The notes: a model not told the origin generated them from the sequence alone. A stretch of DNA of 61,929 nucleotides, filler included, from 11 parts of 11 records of this genome joined end to end with filler, not necessarily neighbours in it; one strand, 5' to 3'; positions 1 through 12,773 are shown, counted from the whole stretch's first letter. Numbers and translations are program-made.

Positions 1-155
1 TCAGTCATGCCTCTTGCTCGGTTCCGGGGGGTACATGATTGTACACAGTACATTGCTACATGAGTACGTACGTACCGAAGCAATAGAGCGCACGACTCGT
101 AGCCATTTGACTTGAATGTCGCAAGGGGCTACGTACATTCACGGCGGCCGCGAGT

Positions 156-3100
156 CTAGATCATGGCCGGCCTGTGGTCGGCTGAGTTGGCCTGCATGAT
201 CCCGTTCATGATGTCGCCGGTTATTCTGTGAGGCACATACACCTCATCACCTGCCCTCCTTCCGCCCGCGGCCCGCCCGGTGGCTTCACCTATCCTAAAC
301 ATGAAGCTATTCTCCGGCTTGTTGTCCAGGTCCCACACGTGCCACACCCGATTGACCACGTCATCCGACTGGGTCTTCTCCCATCCGATCCCTACCCCGC
401 AGTCCAGCCCACCCCAACCCCAGGCCGCACCATTCCTTACGTCGGCCGACTCGAGCTTGCTTTTAATGTTCTCTCGTATCCACAGCTGCAGCTCCGACAG
501 CGCCTCGAACGCCTCGGCGCACTCCTTGGTCTCGAACACCTCCACCATCGCGTAAACGCCGGCCTTGGCCGCTCGACGACTCTCGAGGAAATCGAGCCCC
601 AGCTCTTCCGACTTCCTTTCAAACCACTCGACAAGCTCGACAGGAACTGCCTCGCTCCTTCGGAACTCGGGAGGCACCTGCAGCCGTGCTCGGCGGGCGC
701 ACAGGCGGAGAGGGTGGGCGCACGTTGGTCTCCTTGTCCTCTGGGGCCGCCTTGGTCGACTCGGATTCGCGCTCGGGGCTCGTCCGGGAGGTCGGCTTTA
801 AGTAGAGCAGCGGCCGGCCGTTGAGTTCTAGCTTGGCAAACAGCACGCTCTTCTTGGTGACGTCCATGGTCTCCATCGACTGGGATTGAGTCTTGGGGAG
901 CACCTCGACCCGGGCCTCCCCGATGTCGATCCCGTACTGGAGCGGCTTGTGGCTGAACCAGCTCTTAGGAGGGCACACGTACTGCAGGTGCTGCGACACA
1001 CGAGGGTAGCTGCAAGGGTCGGACGCAAGCCGGTCGAACAGCACATGGTCCTCGCCCTGCCACGTGTCGTGCACCAGGAAAGCGCCAGATGCAAATGATT
1101 GGCCTGTGCAGACACCAGCTTAGCAGGGCCCAGCAGCGACTGCACCGGTGCTCTTCGCGAACTTGAGTAACGCGGTGGTGACTGCGTGCGCCTGCGAGGA
1201 GGAGTTGGGCGGCGGAATCATCTGCAACCCAATCAGCCGCGCACACGCCCCGTCGACCCACCAGGCTGTCAACAACGTCGTCGTCGGCAGTGGCGGAAGG
1301 CCCGCTCTGTGTGGTGAACTCCGCGATGGTTGCTCGAGTCTCGCGCTGTTCACTCAACCGGATCTCCTTGTGCCTCTCGAGCAGCTGATCGTACCACACC
1401 CCGAGCTCTTTCTTGCTCGGGTGGTAGATGTCAAAAGTCTTCCGAGACTCCGGGTCAAATACTCTCAGTGCCCCCGCAATCTCGCCACTCGGACTGCAGA
1501 TCTCTCCCTCCTCAGTCACACTCCCCACCTCCAGCGCGCTCGTGGCAAGCTTGATCGTGCTCGTGTCGTTGTACGGGTACCGGAGCTCGGCCGCGTTGGC
1601 GCACGGCAGCAGGAAGAACTCTGTGTCGGTTAGAACACCCCATTTCTTCACAAGCTTGTGCTGTGCCCCGACCTGCCCCCCTGCTCACCCCACGGCCGGC
1701 GCGCCCGCTCACCATGTCCCTCTTCTCTATCCACAGACCGCCGGTCTTGATCGCGTTCTCGGGCACATCCTCCGGCTGCAGCGATGAGGGCGCCGCACTC
1801 CAGCTCAGTACCTGCCTAGAGCTCAGCCACGCGACTCGAGCAGCAGCCACAGAGGCAAACAGCATCGCATCGTTGGCTGACGCAGTCTCTACCCACATCT
1901 TTGCCGGCGGACACTCGCTCGTCTGGCGAGTGCGAGGGTCCAGCAGCGCCTGACCCCTGGCTCACTCGGCCGGCCGATCGACTCACCGGATTGCAGATCG
2001 CGACCCGCTTGCTTTCGCCGTCCCATTCGAGCTCATCTACCGGCAGCCGGAGCAGCCGAGTCACCTGCAGCCCCGGTCGGCCTACCACCGGCCACCACCG
2101 GCCGTCACCGTCTTCTGACTCGTCATCCAGTTAGCTTCCCCGGAGGAGCGAGGGGACAGTGGCAGCCTGGTGTGCAGCTCGAGACACCCTGCCATGAGTT
2201 CAGCGGGCAGCGCGCTAGGCCGGGCACCCTCCTCGGTGGCCACGGCCCACTGCTCGCGCGGCAGGTCCGATTCGGGCTCCACAGCCTCGGCCACCCCTAC
2301 CATCCCTGCCGCCCGGCTCGACGAGCGCCTGCTGCCCAGCACACCGCAGGCTCCGGCGAGTCCTGAGGTAAGCTTAACGAATTCCACCGCCGACTGGAGC
2401 GCTGCAACGGCCGCGACTCAGCACCCGGCGCCCGGCCCGGCGCACCAGGCCCGTCCGGCGCGTCGCGCAGCGCAATGGTGGCAAGTCCCTGCCACGGTCG
2501 TGAACCTGCGAGCTGAGCGGGCGGGTACCTGAGGGATGCCCCAGGCGACCAGACTCTCGACCTGCGGCCGGGTGGGCGGCTGGGGCCCGGCCGGTCACCA
2601 TGTGCTGCTCCAGGTTCTTCTGGCGCTGGTCGATGCTCACAGCGACCGAGTGCGCAAGCTTCTCTGCTCGCTCGACTGCTTTATCGTGGTAAACCTCCAC
2701 GCCGCCAAAGATATAGTGCCAATCGGCCAGTGTGAGCCGGTCGGTCTGCATCTCGTAGCTCTGGAACAGCTGCTGGGCGCTGGTGGCCCTCCCTATATCG
2801 TCCTGCGGTTCGGTATCAGCCGGGGTCGTGCGCAAGGGCTGGACCCAGTCGACATCGACGAATAGGTCAGACCACTCAGCCCGATCGATGCTCCGGTCGT
2901 GGTCCTTGTCCAGCACCTGCCTCACGCTGCAGCCAACCCCCGAGCCACGCCGCACCTCGAAGAAATGGAGCAGCGCCGACTGGAGCGACAGGTCGGCCGG
3001 CGGCGCGCCGCCCAGCCGGTCCGTGGAACGGCCCTGCTCTTGCCGGATGGCCAGCACCTGGCGGGCCGGGTGGGCGCCCCCTGGGCCGGGCGGCCACCTG

Positions 3101-3581
3101 GAGGTAGATCTGTCCGGCTACGGCCCGTCCGCGCTCCTGGGTTGCCTCCTGGGCCCAGCCCAGTCAGCAGCCGGCCGGGGACGGGGCGCACGTCGCCAGG
3201 CTCGTAATGGATGGTGGTGCGCTGCCTCCGCTCGTCGTCGTCCTCGCCCCGCCGGCAAGCTTGGTTCCCCATGCCGTTCGCGGGACTGGCCCGGTGCGCT
3301 ACCTCTGGTGCAGGTCGCGACGCCTTTGTTGTTGTTGTCGCAAACGTTGTTGTGTGAGCTCGAGAGGTGCTCTGCAAGCAAGCAGAGTGAGGCTGGCGGA
3401 TAGGGTCCGAGGGTCGAGCTTGCGGTTCACCGCTTCGATGACAGTCCGGCTCTCACGCGACAACGGGATTACCAGCTCGAGCAGCTGATCTAGCTCTTGC
3501 GCTGCAACGTCGGAGAACCCGATCTGCAGGCTTGCAGCCATCCAGCGTGCACCGGTCGCCCTCGTCGAACGCCAGTAGCGT
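156..3581 (-). CDS. Large multi-exon hypothetical protein (5' partial): EF-hand, PH-like domain(s) and an uncharacterised C-terminal domain
   Basis: ORFs 3299-3541, 2374-3057, 2082-2387, 1816-2088, 1512-1898, 965-1651, 619-1074 and 156-677 lie in series on the minus strand. The 3' junctions I checked are 39-46 nt GT-AG introns. EF-hand loop DKDHDRSIDRAEW. PH-like stretch AIKTGGLWIEK...KKWGVLTDTEFFLL...KELGVWYDQL. The 5' exon junctions are not all resolved. Confidence 0.6.
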
Positions 3582-3681
3582 NNNNNNNNNNNNNNNNNNN
3601 NNNNNNNNNNNNNNNNNNNNNNNNNTTAATTAATTAANNNNNNNNNNNNNNNNNNNNNNNNNNNNNNNNNNNNNNNNNNNN
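3582..3681. other. Artificial contig linker (N44-TTAATTAATTAA-N44; stop codons in all six frames)
   Basis: Identical 100-bp linkers also at 9058-9157, 17258-17357, 23208-23307, 27043-27142, 31820-31919, 35160-35259, 38951-39050, 44757-44856 and 53973-54072. Confidence 0.98.
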
Positions 3682-3685
3682 GGCC

Positions 3686-6571
3686 ATGTTCGCGGCTCTA
3701 AAGGTGCGCCTGGCGCGCGCTGCGGGGCTGTGCGAGCGTCCGGGCCAGGCCAAGGCCTCCGGGAAGGAGGCCACCTCCGTGGTTTTCGAGATCATGGTGC
3801 GGGCAGCCCGGGGGGCTGTGCGGAGGGCGCGCAGGTCCACCGGGTGGCAGAGCTGCCCGTCGAGGCCGACACAGAGGTGTTCATCCAGTGGAAGCGGAAG
3901 AACAAGGTCAAGACTGGGCTGGCGCTGGTGGGACCGGACGGGTCGGCCGAGATCGAGGAGCCGCTCGAGGACTCGGCCTCGATGATGCGCGCGCCGGCCA
4001 ACAGCAAGTTCGACCCCAAGGCAGGCGCATGCAAGGGCCAGGGGCTGAGTGGGCGGCAGGTGGGCCAGCTGACAGTGTGGGACGACGAGGGGCTGCTGGG
4101 GTCAGCCGATCTGGACTTGGCCGACTGGGCGCCGGCCGGGCTGACCGAGCAGGGGGCTGGCCGGCGGGACCAGTTGGCTCTTACCAGCACCCAAGGCAAG
4201 CCGGTGGGCAAAGTCGAGCTCACCGTCTCGGCGCTCCCGGCCTCCGCAGTCGAGCAGGCCCAGCCCGATCCGCCGGCCACCCAGCCGCGCGCTGCGGTTT
4301 GCTGCCAGCTGTGCCAGGGCTGAAGGGCGGGGCAGGACGTGGCGCAGGCGGTTGGGCTGAGCTCGAGCAGCGGGTTTGGACCGGAGCCGGCGGAGGAAGC
4401 CGAGCGGAGCATGGTGCCGGTGCTGCAGGCCCAGATCTCGGCACTGGAGGACGAGTTAATGGAGGAGACTTCGCACTCGGAAGCGATGAACCAGGAGGTC
4501 CAGAGGCTGCTCGGGGTGATACGCGAGCTCGAGGGCCAACTGCAGGACTCGGACGGCGCCATCCTGGCCGGTGCGAGCAGCGCCCACCGCCGGCTGACTG
4601 GGGGCAGCCGAGGAGAAGAAAAAGTCAGGGCTGAGGCTGATGGCGAAACTAGTGCAGAACGCGATCCAGGACCAGACCCAGTGGGGGTTCGTAGGCTGGC
4701 GGCTGTGGCTCACCCAGCAGAAGGAGGGCCGGGCAGTTGAGTGGGGCAGTCAGCGGTCCGAGCAGCTGGCCGACGAGCTGGCCAAGCTGAAGAGCACGAG
4801 CGGGATGCAGAAGGCCGAGCTTGCACTCAAGCGGCTCAAGTTTGGGGCACTGATCAAGGCGTTCGCCAGCTGGCGGGACGTGGCCACCATGATGGTCCGG
4901 CTCAACAAGACCCAGGACGACTCGAGCTCGGCGCTGTGGCTGGCTCAGCTGCCCGAGCCAGCTGCCAAGCTAGAATTCGTGATGACCCGCTGGCAACTGA
5001 TCGACGCCACCGGAGCACTCCGGCACTGGAGCCGCAGCGCCAAGTGCGCCAGCATCGAGGTGCCCCGCCCCTGCAGCCCGGCGAGCCGCGGGCAGAGCAT
5101 GGTGCTCGCCGAGAAACGGTTTCTGCGGAACCAAATTGTAGATCAGCGGTCGCGGCTGATCCTCCGCCAGTGGCGGGGGGCGGCCCAGGCACGGGCTGTG
5201 GCAAACTGGCGGCAGAACACGCTGTCGGACGGACTGGCCCGGGCGGTGGTGGCCGGGCAGGCGGCCAAGAACAAGCACAACTATGAGGTGCTGTGCAAGC
5301 GGATCCTGAGGCTGGACTCGTGCCTGCTCTCGGCCCACTGCGGGGCGCTGCTGATCTGGGCCAACGCCACGCTCAGGCGGGCCTTCGGGGTGAAATGCCC
5401 GGGCTGGCCTGCTCATAGCGTGCGGGCAGGGCTGGCAGAGGCTGTCCATGTCCCGGTCGGACCGAGTGTGGGAGATGAGAGCCGGACTGCAGCAGCTCCG
5501 GACCAAGGCGGCAGGCTCGTTCGTCCGGATGCTGGACCAAGTGGCCTCCCGGGTGCGGACCGCGGCGGTGCAACGGGCGTGGGGGCTGTGGCGGAGCTGG
5601 ATGGTGCATAGCATGGTGCTGATGCACCAGGCAATGGTCGAGAAGCTCTGGAGCAGGAACCAGGCGCAGGCGGCCGAGATCGAGGCCATGAGGCAGGACG
5701 TGCTGGTGGGCAAGTCAATTGGCGGGGCGCTCGAGCAGAACATGCAGCTCAAGCGCGGAATGAGCGAGCTGGCCGCCCGGAACAGCCAGATCCTGACCCA
5801 TTCAGACGAGCTAGTGGGCGGGGTGCAGCACCAAAACCAGCAGCTGACCGAGCAGCGCGACCAGTTGCGCCAGAAGGTGATTGGGCTGGAGCAGACCAAT
5901 GCAGGGATCCAGCAGGCCAGCCTGGAGGAGCAGGCCGACTTCCTGCAGCTGTTTGCAGCCCACTCAGCCCAGTGCGTGAGGGAGCGGCACGCGGCACTCC
6001 ACAAGCTGAGCGTGCTCTTCTACAGAATGGGGCTCGCCAACGGATTCCTCCAGTGCGTGTCCGGCTAGGCGGCTCTGGAGCGGGCGGCAGGTGGGCACGG
6101 GTGCTGCTGGGGCGGCAGCTGCACGACTCTATCCAGCTGGTCGGCTCTGCCAATGCGCAGCTGCGCGGTGTGATTGCTAAGGTGGGCGAGCCTGCCCCCT
6201 GACCCTAACTGCTGGCCGATTGGCAGGTGGGCGAGGACAAGGCCAGTGTGCCCCGTCTGCAGGAGCAGCTGGAGCAGACCACCAGGGAACGGGACCAGCT
6301 CCGCGGTGCCCGGCCCGTAAGCTCAAGCCGCTAGCCCGGGGCAGACACGGTGGAGCGGAACATGCAGTACAGCCAGGCGCTCATCTCCAACCTAAACTTC
6401 CTCAAGGCGGCGCTCCCGGACCAAGTGGCCCAAGCCAGCCCCGGACAGTCGGTCTCGATCAGCGACCTGCTCTCCACTCAAGGAAGTGGCCTGAACGACG
6501 GAAAGACCGCCAAGAAAGTGCCGCCCAGGGGCCGAGCTTACCATGCCAAGAGAGGGGATGCCTCCGGTTGA
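3686..6571 (+). CDS. NT-type C2 domain (EEIG1/EHBP1-like) protein with long coiled-coil region, about 9 introns
   Basis: Spliced N-terminus MFAALKAKASGKEATSVVFEIMVHRVAELP...VFIQWKRK...FDPK...LLGSADLDLADW...VGKVELTVS matches the NT-C2 pattern. Downstream helical/coiled-coil exons join through 37-45 nt introns (e.g. 4021-4059 GC-AG, 6182-6226). Confidence 0.7.
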
Positions 6572-6979
6572 CTCTCGAATCAACTAATGGTCTACGGATA
6601 AATCATGGACAAAGTTCTGTGGGCACCTTGGAACTAGAGAGAGCTTTAATGTTAGAGACTGATGCATGATGGACTACAACTAGACTACAACGATGAATGG
6701 TTAAATTAATACTTTTAATTAGTACTTAATCTAAAGCTTTAGCTTCTGAGACCAATCTCCGCCCTATCCCCATCTGAATCATAGAACTGATAATTACAAT
6801 CCGATGTAAATCCCATGTGCGTGTATATAGCGTGTAGACGTACAAAGCAAAAATGCTCATGATTGTATGTACCGTACTCGTAGTCTTCGTAACTATGCAT
6901 GACACTCACATGCGCACGAGTGCGTAACGCGTGCGCTGGGAATCTCTCACGCGTGTGATGCGCTCCAGGCCAGTCGGGG

Positions 6980-8461
6980 TCAGTACGGCTTGGCAGTCCC
7001 GTCTTGCGTCACCCAGCCTTCCGGGCCAGCCGGTGGCCGGGAAGGGCCGGTGCTGTTCCTGGCTGGGAGCTCCTCGACCCGCTGCCTCTTCTTGGAGGCT
7101 AGCTCGGGGTTCTTGAGGCTCGAGTTTAGCTGGGCCGCCATGTGCGGGTGGAAGTGGAGCACCTGGCTCAGGGTTAGCGCCAGTCGGATTGGGCGAGCAC
7201 CTCCTTCCCGAGCAGTCGGGTGAGTGTTGGCCGGTCCATCTCAATCCCCTCGAACTCGGCCGTGAAGATCTTGCCGCTTACCGGCTCGTTGGTCGGGTCG
7301 TGGTATGTAGCCAGGTACGGGTGCGAGAGCGCCTCAGTCACAGTGATCCGCTTCCTCGGGTCCAGCTGGAGCATCTTGTCAAGTAAGTCAACTGCTGTCG
7401 GAGAGGCGGTCGGAAACCGAGCCGAGAGCGAGCAGCGCGGCTTGCGTGGCATCGACTTCATGAACTTGAGCGCTTGCTGGTTGGTGATCAGGTCGAGCTC
7501 TTGCGAGGTTGGGGTGCCGACCAGTGAGGTGATCAAGTTGAGCTGATCTACGTGGTTCTTACCCGGGAAAAGCGGCTGGCGGCTGATCAGCTCGGCCAGG
7601 ATGCACCCGACCGACCATATATCTATCGACTTTGTATATCCCGGGCACGAGAGCAGCAGCTCGGGCGGCCGGTACCACCGGGTGATCACGTACTCTGTCA
7701 TGTCACGCAGCACGTCAGCCGGGTCCATCACCTGAACCGGCTCCCAACCCCCCAGCCGCAACCGCACCCGGGCCAGCCCGAGGTCACAGATTCGCAGATC
7801 GCAGTTGGCGTTGACCAGCAGGTTGCCTGGTTTGAGGTCCCGGTGCAGGATGTTGGCAGAGTGCATGTACCTGCCTCGAGCTCAACCCGAGCACCAACCC
7901 AACCCACTTGAGCCCGCGCAGGATCTGGTACAGGAAGTACTGGACGTGATCGTCCGAGAGCGCCTGCTTAGAGCGTATGATCTGGTGCAGATCTGTGTCC
8001 ATCAGCTCCGAGACGATATATATGTCCTCGAACTTGTCCCACGAGCTGGGCGGGAGCACGTCGTGCACCGACGCGATGTTCTCATGCTCGCAGAACCGCA
8101 TCAGCCGGATCTCCCGCAGCACCTGCCCCAGCTAGGCGCCACCCCACCGGCCCGGCACCCGCTTGCCGTCGATCAGGTCGTCCACCACCTTGGGGATCTT
8201 CTTGATCGCCACCCGCTTGCCGTTCTGCTTGTCCATGGCCGAGCAGACCAGTCCGTATGCCCCTGGCGCCCTCCGTTAGCCTACGCCGGGCTCGCTCTCG
8301 CCTTTGCCGATCGGCTTGATCGGCTTGTATCGGCTGTTGACCTCGAACCGGGTCCCATTCACCTGAGCCCCGCTCGGCCCGCCCAAGCCGTCCAAGCCGC
8401 ATACGTTGTACACCGAAGGCTCATATTGGCCAGGAGCCGCCTGCGCGGCCGGCTGGGCCAT
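6980..8461 (-). CDS. Mitogen-activated protein kinase (TEY activation loop), 6 introns
   Basis: After splicing: [59 protein letters not shown]. Introns include 8363-8404, 8263-8301 (GC-AG), 7732-7767 and 7163-7200. Confidence 0.95.
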
Positions 8462-8567
8462 TGCGCCCCAGGTAGGCCCCCGTCAGGCAAGTTGGAGCTC
8501 CCGAGCCCTCACCGCAATTCCGGGGTGCCAACAACAGGGGAGAAAAACCGTTATTGAGGCCAAGGAA

Positions 8568-9003
8568 ATGCAGCAAGGTGTGTAGCGAGTGAGCCGGCGA
8601 CCACCAACCGCGCGGGGGCAGGCAAGGGAAGCAACTACAACCGGTTCGCCGTGGCGTCAGCCACCGAGCGCAACCACTTTGGCTACGTCTACCGCGGGGG
8701 TCCGCAGCATTACCCCACCCCGATCCACCCCGGCGGACCGATCGTTGTCGGCCCCTCCCAGGAGCACGTGATCTATCACCCCGGTGGCCCGGCCCCGCTT
8801 GCCCGGCTGACCGGCCCGGGCAGGCCTGCAGGTCGATCTCGGCCGAATCCACTGCGAAGTGCACGACGGTGGCATCAAGGGTGCGCTCGCCGGGCCAGCC
8901 GGGGCCGATGGACCGGGCAGGGCTGCACAACCCAGGGGCGGCGGACCCGGGGCGGCATCACCAAGGCGGGCAGTACTGGGGAGGAAGTACAGCCAAAAAG
9001 TAG
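8568..9003 (+). CDS. Small hypothetical protein (about 100 aa), 3 introns
   Basis: ATG 8568 and three ~40-nt GT-AG introns give MQQGKGSNYNRFAVASATERNHFGYVYRGGPQHYPTP...HHQGGQYWGGSTAKK*. Divergent from the MAPK gene. Confidence 0.55.
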
Positions 9004-9157
9004 GTAGTTGGCTCTCCGCGTACTGGCAGTGTCGCGCATAAACAAACATAAGCTAGCNNNNNNNNNNNNNNNNNNNNNNNNNNNNNNNNNNNNNNNNNNN
9101 NTTAATTAATTAANNNNNNNNNNNNNNNNNNNNNNNNNNNNNNNNNNNNNNNNNNNN

Positions 9158-9656
9158 TGAGTGCAATGGATGGTTCAAGGCAGCGTCGCAAGGAGTGGGT
9201 GTGCCATTGGCTCAGCTGGGAGAAGGAGACGCGCCCTCGCACTGTGTCGTGTGTGGCCGAAGCGACGAACTTTCCAGTTGCCAGTACCGACCTGAGTGGA
9301 TGGTATGCACCACGAGTGACCAAGTCCATGCCATCGTTGTCCAAACTCATGGCGAATTCTGCGGCTGTAGCCTTCTTGCAAACTTCGCAGGACCTGGTGC
9401 GATCCAGCACGAGTTTGAGGAAGGGCATATTTCGCCAGGCGGAGTGCTGCATCAAAGGCAGGACTGGGAGGGTGCAGTGGACGAGATGGTGGAGGAAATC
9501 GACCTGGACGACCTAGAGTATGAGGATCATAATTACGACCAGCAAGCAGGGGAGGACCAGGAAGAGGATCTAGTCCGGAGTGCATATTTTTCATATGACG
9601 ATCTTCGTAGTGATATAATGGCCGGTGTGAACGCCTCTGAAGACTTCTTTCTCTAG
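9158..9656 (+). CDS. 3' fragment of a hypothetical protein with a degenerate PHD-like half and acidic tail (possibly TE-derived)
   Basis: Open frame from the contig edge: ECNGWFKAASQGV...HCVVC...EEIDLDDLEYED...EDFFL*. Confidence 0.35.
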
Positions 9657-9860
9657 TGAATTGTCAACAACAGAAACCATAAAGATAAATAAACAGTAGC
9701 CAAAGTAAGCTTAGTTGCAGGCGTCCCCCCAAGCACTATCAAGCACACCATTTATTACATGTAATGGGATTGCGGAATACCGTACGTACCCAGCAGCCCA
9801 GACCTTGCAACCTAAGTCCGCCCGGACCACGATATTTGAATTTAAATTTAGTGTACGATT

Positions 9861-12757
9861 TTAGATTAGATGTAATGTATATATGCCGCTACGCGGGCTC
9901 CTGGTGCAGTAAAAGTTCAGCTGCTCTCGACGGAATTGTTCAGCTGCGTTTCTAGCCCCTAGTAAGGGTCTTGTCGAGTAAATGGTTTCCCACGATGATC
10001 TTACTCGTCAGCTGACTCAAGGTCATGCTGAGTAATGTATGATAGATTAGATTCAAACAGTTCACAATTCTGCTGCGCTTGGATCCGGCCCTATGACAGT
10101 AAAAGTAAAAGCGTCAGACATGAACACGCCATGCTATTTACCGTCGTCTCCGTCTGCATATCGTGAGGGTTGAACACCCTGACTAGCTTGCCTGCCTCCG
10201 CTCGGTCCAGCTGGAGCCCCCCCTCAGCTGTCAGGCAAGCCGAGCACTGACCAGAATCCCATCTTGGTTCATCCAGTCAACGGCTTCGAGTGCTTGCGGT
10301 ACGTCTTTGGCCGCCGCGCATAGCTCGAGAACTTGCATGTAGAAATCGGCGCATGGCTGTGTGCCAGCCGACCGGAGTTGGCCAATCAACTCGCACCTCT
10401 CTTTCAGATCAACCTGCCGCACAAGTAAGACAAAGACCAGGCTACGCAGGCACCGCTGTTGTGTGGGCAGGTTCTGGTGGGGCCTGGACCGGTGCCAAGT
10501 AGGAGAGGTTGTCCACCAGAAGGCTGCACTTGCTGCCCACATGGTCAGTACACAGCCAGCACGATACACCGCACCTCTCGCACGCCACTCTGAGATGCTT
10601 CGGCAGCCCGGAGCACACCTGGCCGTCAAGCCAAAGCTTGCACAGCATGCTGTAAGAGCTCGGGCGGAGCATCAGCCCGGCTCGGTTGAGCTCTGCCACC
10701 TTGGCGAGCCCCGCGTCCACCTGCTGAGAGCGCGCATACAGCCGCAACTCGGCCACAGCTGCAGGCTCGCTCCCCTCAGGCAGATCGGCCAGGAGCGCCC
10801 GCAGCTGTTGCTCGTCGCCCACAGCCGCTGCAATCATGGCCACTGATTCGCGCACTGCGGCAGTCGGGTGGAACCCTCGCTGCCGCATTTGGTCCAATAG
10901 ATCGACTGCCCTCTGCACGTTGCCTGTCCACTTGCAGTTCTTGATCAGAACCGCAAAAGTTTGCTCGTTCCATTCAATCTCAGCCTCATTCATCCGAGAG
11001 AGCAAGACCTGGCTTTGCTCCTGGTTGGAACTACACGCCAGCAATGAGTTGTATGTATGCACGTCGGGCTGCAGCCCAATCACCCGGAGCTGCTCCATCA
11101 CTGCGCTCGCCCCTCGCGCGTCCTTTGCATTAGCGTAGGTGGCAACAGCAGCATTGTACAGCCTCAAGGATGGAACTAGACCCAGCTGCTCGCCCATTCC
11201 TAGGATTAACTTCAGTCGCTTCACATCCTGGCCACTGCCACTGTCCGGCCCACCAATGCATGCCGACGCCGCGAGCGCCAGACAGTTGTCGTCCACAGAC
11301 ACCGACGAGTCCGCTTTCATCCGTTTTAGCACCCTCACCGCCTCCGCACTGCCGCCCGTGACAGCGCACACATGCAACATTGAGCTGTAAAGCTTGGCGT
11401 CGAGCCGAATACTGCTCTGCAGCAGCCTGCCAAATAGCTGCTGGGCTGTTTGCAGATCTCGAGTCAGGGCACACCCAGCAATCACCGAGCTGTACGAGAT
11501 CACATTGGGCGGCACGCCCCGGGCCTGCATCAGCAGCAGCATCTGCCGCGCCTGATCCAACTCGCCCTGCTGAGCCAGCGCGTGTACAGCAGTGTTGAGC
11601 GGAACAGTGCTCAGAGGAATCTGAAGCTGATCAAACTTGGCAAGCAGCGCCAGCACCCCCTCGAGCTCGCCGGCCCGGGAGCATACTTTCATAGCCGCAG
11701 AAAGCGTATGCTGGTTGGGCCGTATGCCTGCCCGGCGCATCTGGGCAAGCAGTTCAGATGCAAGCTTTGCATCGTCGCCCGCACATGTGATGAGCGCGGT
11801 GTAGCTCACAACGTTCAGCTCGAGTCCGGCCGCCTCAATCTCCTCCCGCAGCCGCATAGCCGCCGCTCGGTCTCCAGCCCGGGCGCACCCAGCAATCGCC
11901 GCGTTGTACACTACAATGTTAGGAGCCACCCCTCGCTTGGCCATCTCCTTCATGCACCGCCACATCCCCTCAAGCTCACCGCTCCGACTGTAGGCGTCCA
12001 CCAACGCCCCGAGCGTGAACACATCTGGCGGCACCCGCTCAGCCTCCATCCGGCGCAGCGCTTGCTCGGCCCTTGCTGTATCGCCTGCCCTTCCGCACGC
12101 AGTGATCGTTGCATTATACATCGTGGGCTCATGGCGATGCCCCCGGCCGATCGCCTCGTCTAGCAGCTGCACTGCCCGCTCACTCTCGTCGCCAGTACGC
12201 GCGCAGCCCTGCACCATCGCCAGGAAGCTGGCACCGTCCATTGGCACTCGCGCCGCCTGCATCTCCCGGGCCAGCTCGGCTGTCTGCTTGACCAGCCCGT
12301 GCTTGGCCAAACCAAACAGCACCTGGTTGAGCAACTCAGTTGAGCAGCCCCACCCGTTCTCCACAAACCAGCCTAGCAGCCCAGCAGCCCGCTCCGGCTC
12401 GCCCCCATCCAAACACAGCCCCACCGCCACCCTCTGAGCCGCCCGGTCTGGGTTCATCTGCCGAACCAGCGACAGCCCAAGCTCGGTCTGGCCGCCGGCC
12501 CGACACGCCCGGAGCACCCGCAGACCGAGCTCCCGCCCGGCCGTCCGCCGGTTTTCCAGCCAGAAGCCGACCGCTCGCCGACAGAGCCCAGCTGGCGGGG
12601 CCGCACGGGATCGGGCCAGCTCGCGCTCGATCGTCTGCTGCTCCGAGCGGCCCCGGCTCGGCCTCTTGGCAGGCACCGCCACAAGCCGGAGGGGCAGCGT
12701 CCTTGTACCTCCCAGCCGGTGGGACAGCGCGGCCACCGCGCGCGCCACGTGCTGCAT
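9861..12757 (-). CDS. Pentatricopeptide repeat (PPR, P-class) protein with putative mitochondrial transit peptide
   Basis: Many tandem 35-aa repeats, e.g. MYNATITACGRAGDTARAEQALRRMEAERVPPDVF and VYNAAIAGCARAGDRAAAMRLREEIEAAGLELNVV. Arg-rich, acid-free N-terminus. Small 3' exons below 10442; the exact stop codon is uncertain. Confidence 0.88.
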
Positions 12758-12773
12758 GGACTCGCGCTACGAT

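Noticed and set aside
3582-3681. Regularly recurring TTAATTAATTAA flanked by Ns, as a biological repeat or CRISPR-like array
   Set aside because: Identical 100-bp artificial join at all ten contig boundaries; ORFs ending in X...LIN are artefacts of it.
4970-6004. Long antisense and alternative-frame ORFs (also 17439-18518, 24382-25134, 58274-59341)
   Set aside because: Shadow ORFs expected from high GC content and codon bias opposite recognisable genes; no domain motifs.
6980-8461. Frameshifts and stops in conserved genes as pseudogenisation or an alternative genetic code
   Set aside because: All are resolved by short introns, and TAA, TAG and TGA each terminate intact genes in this window.
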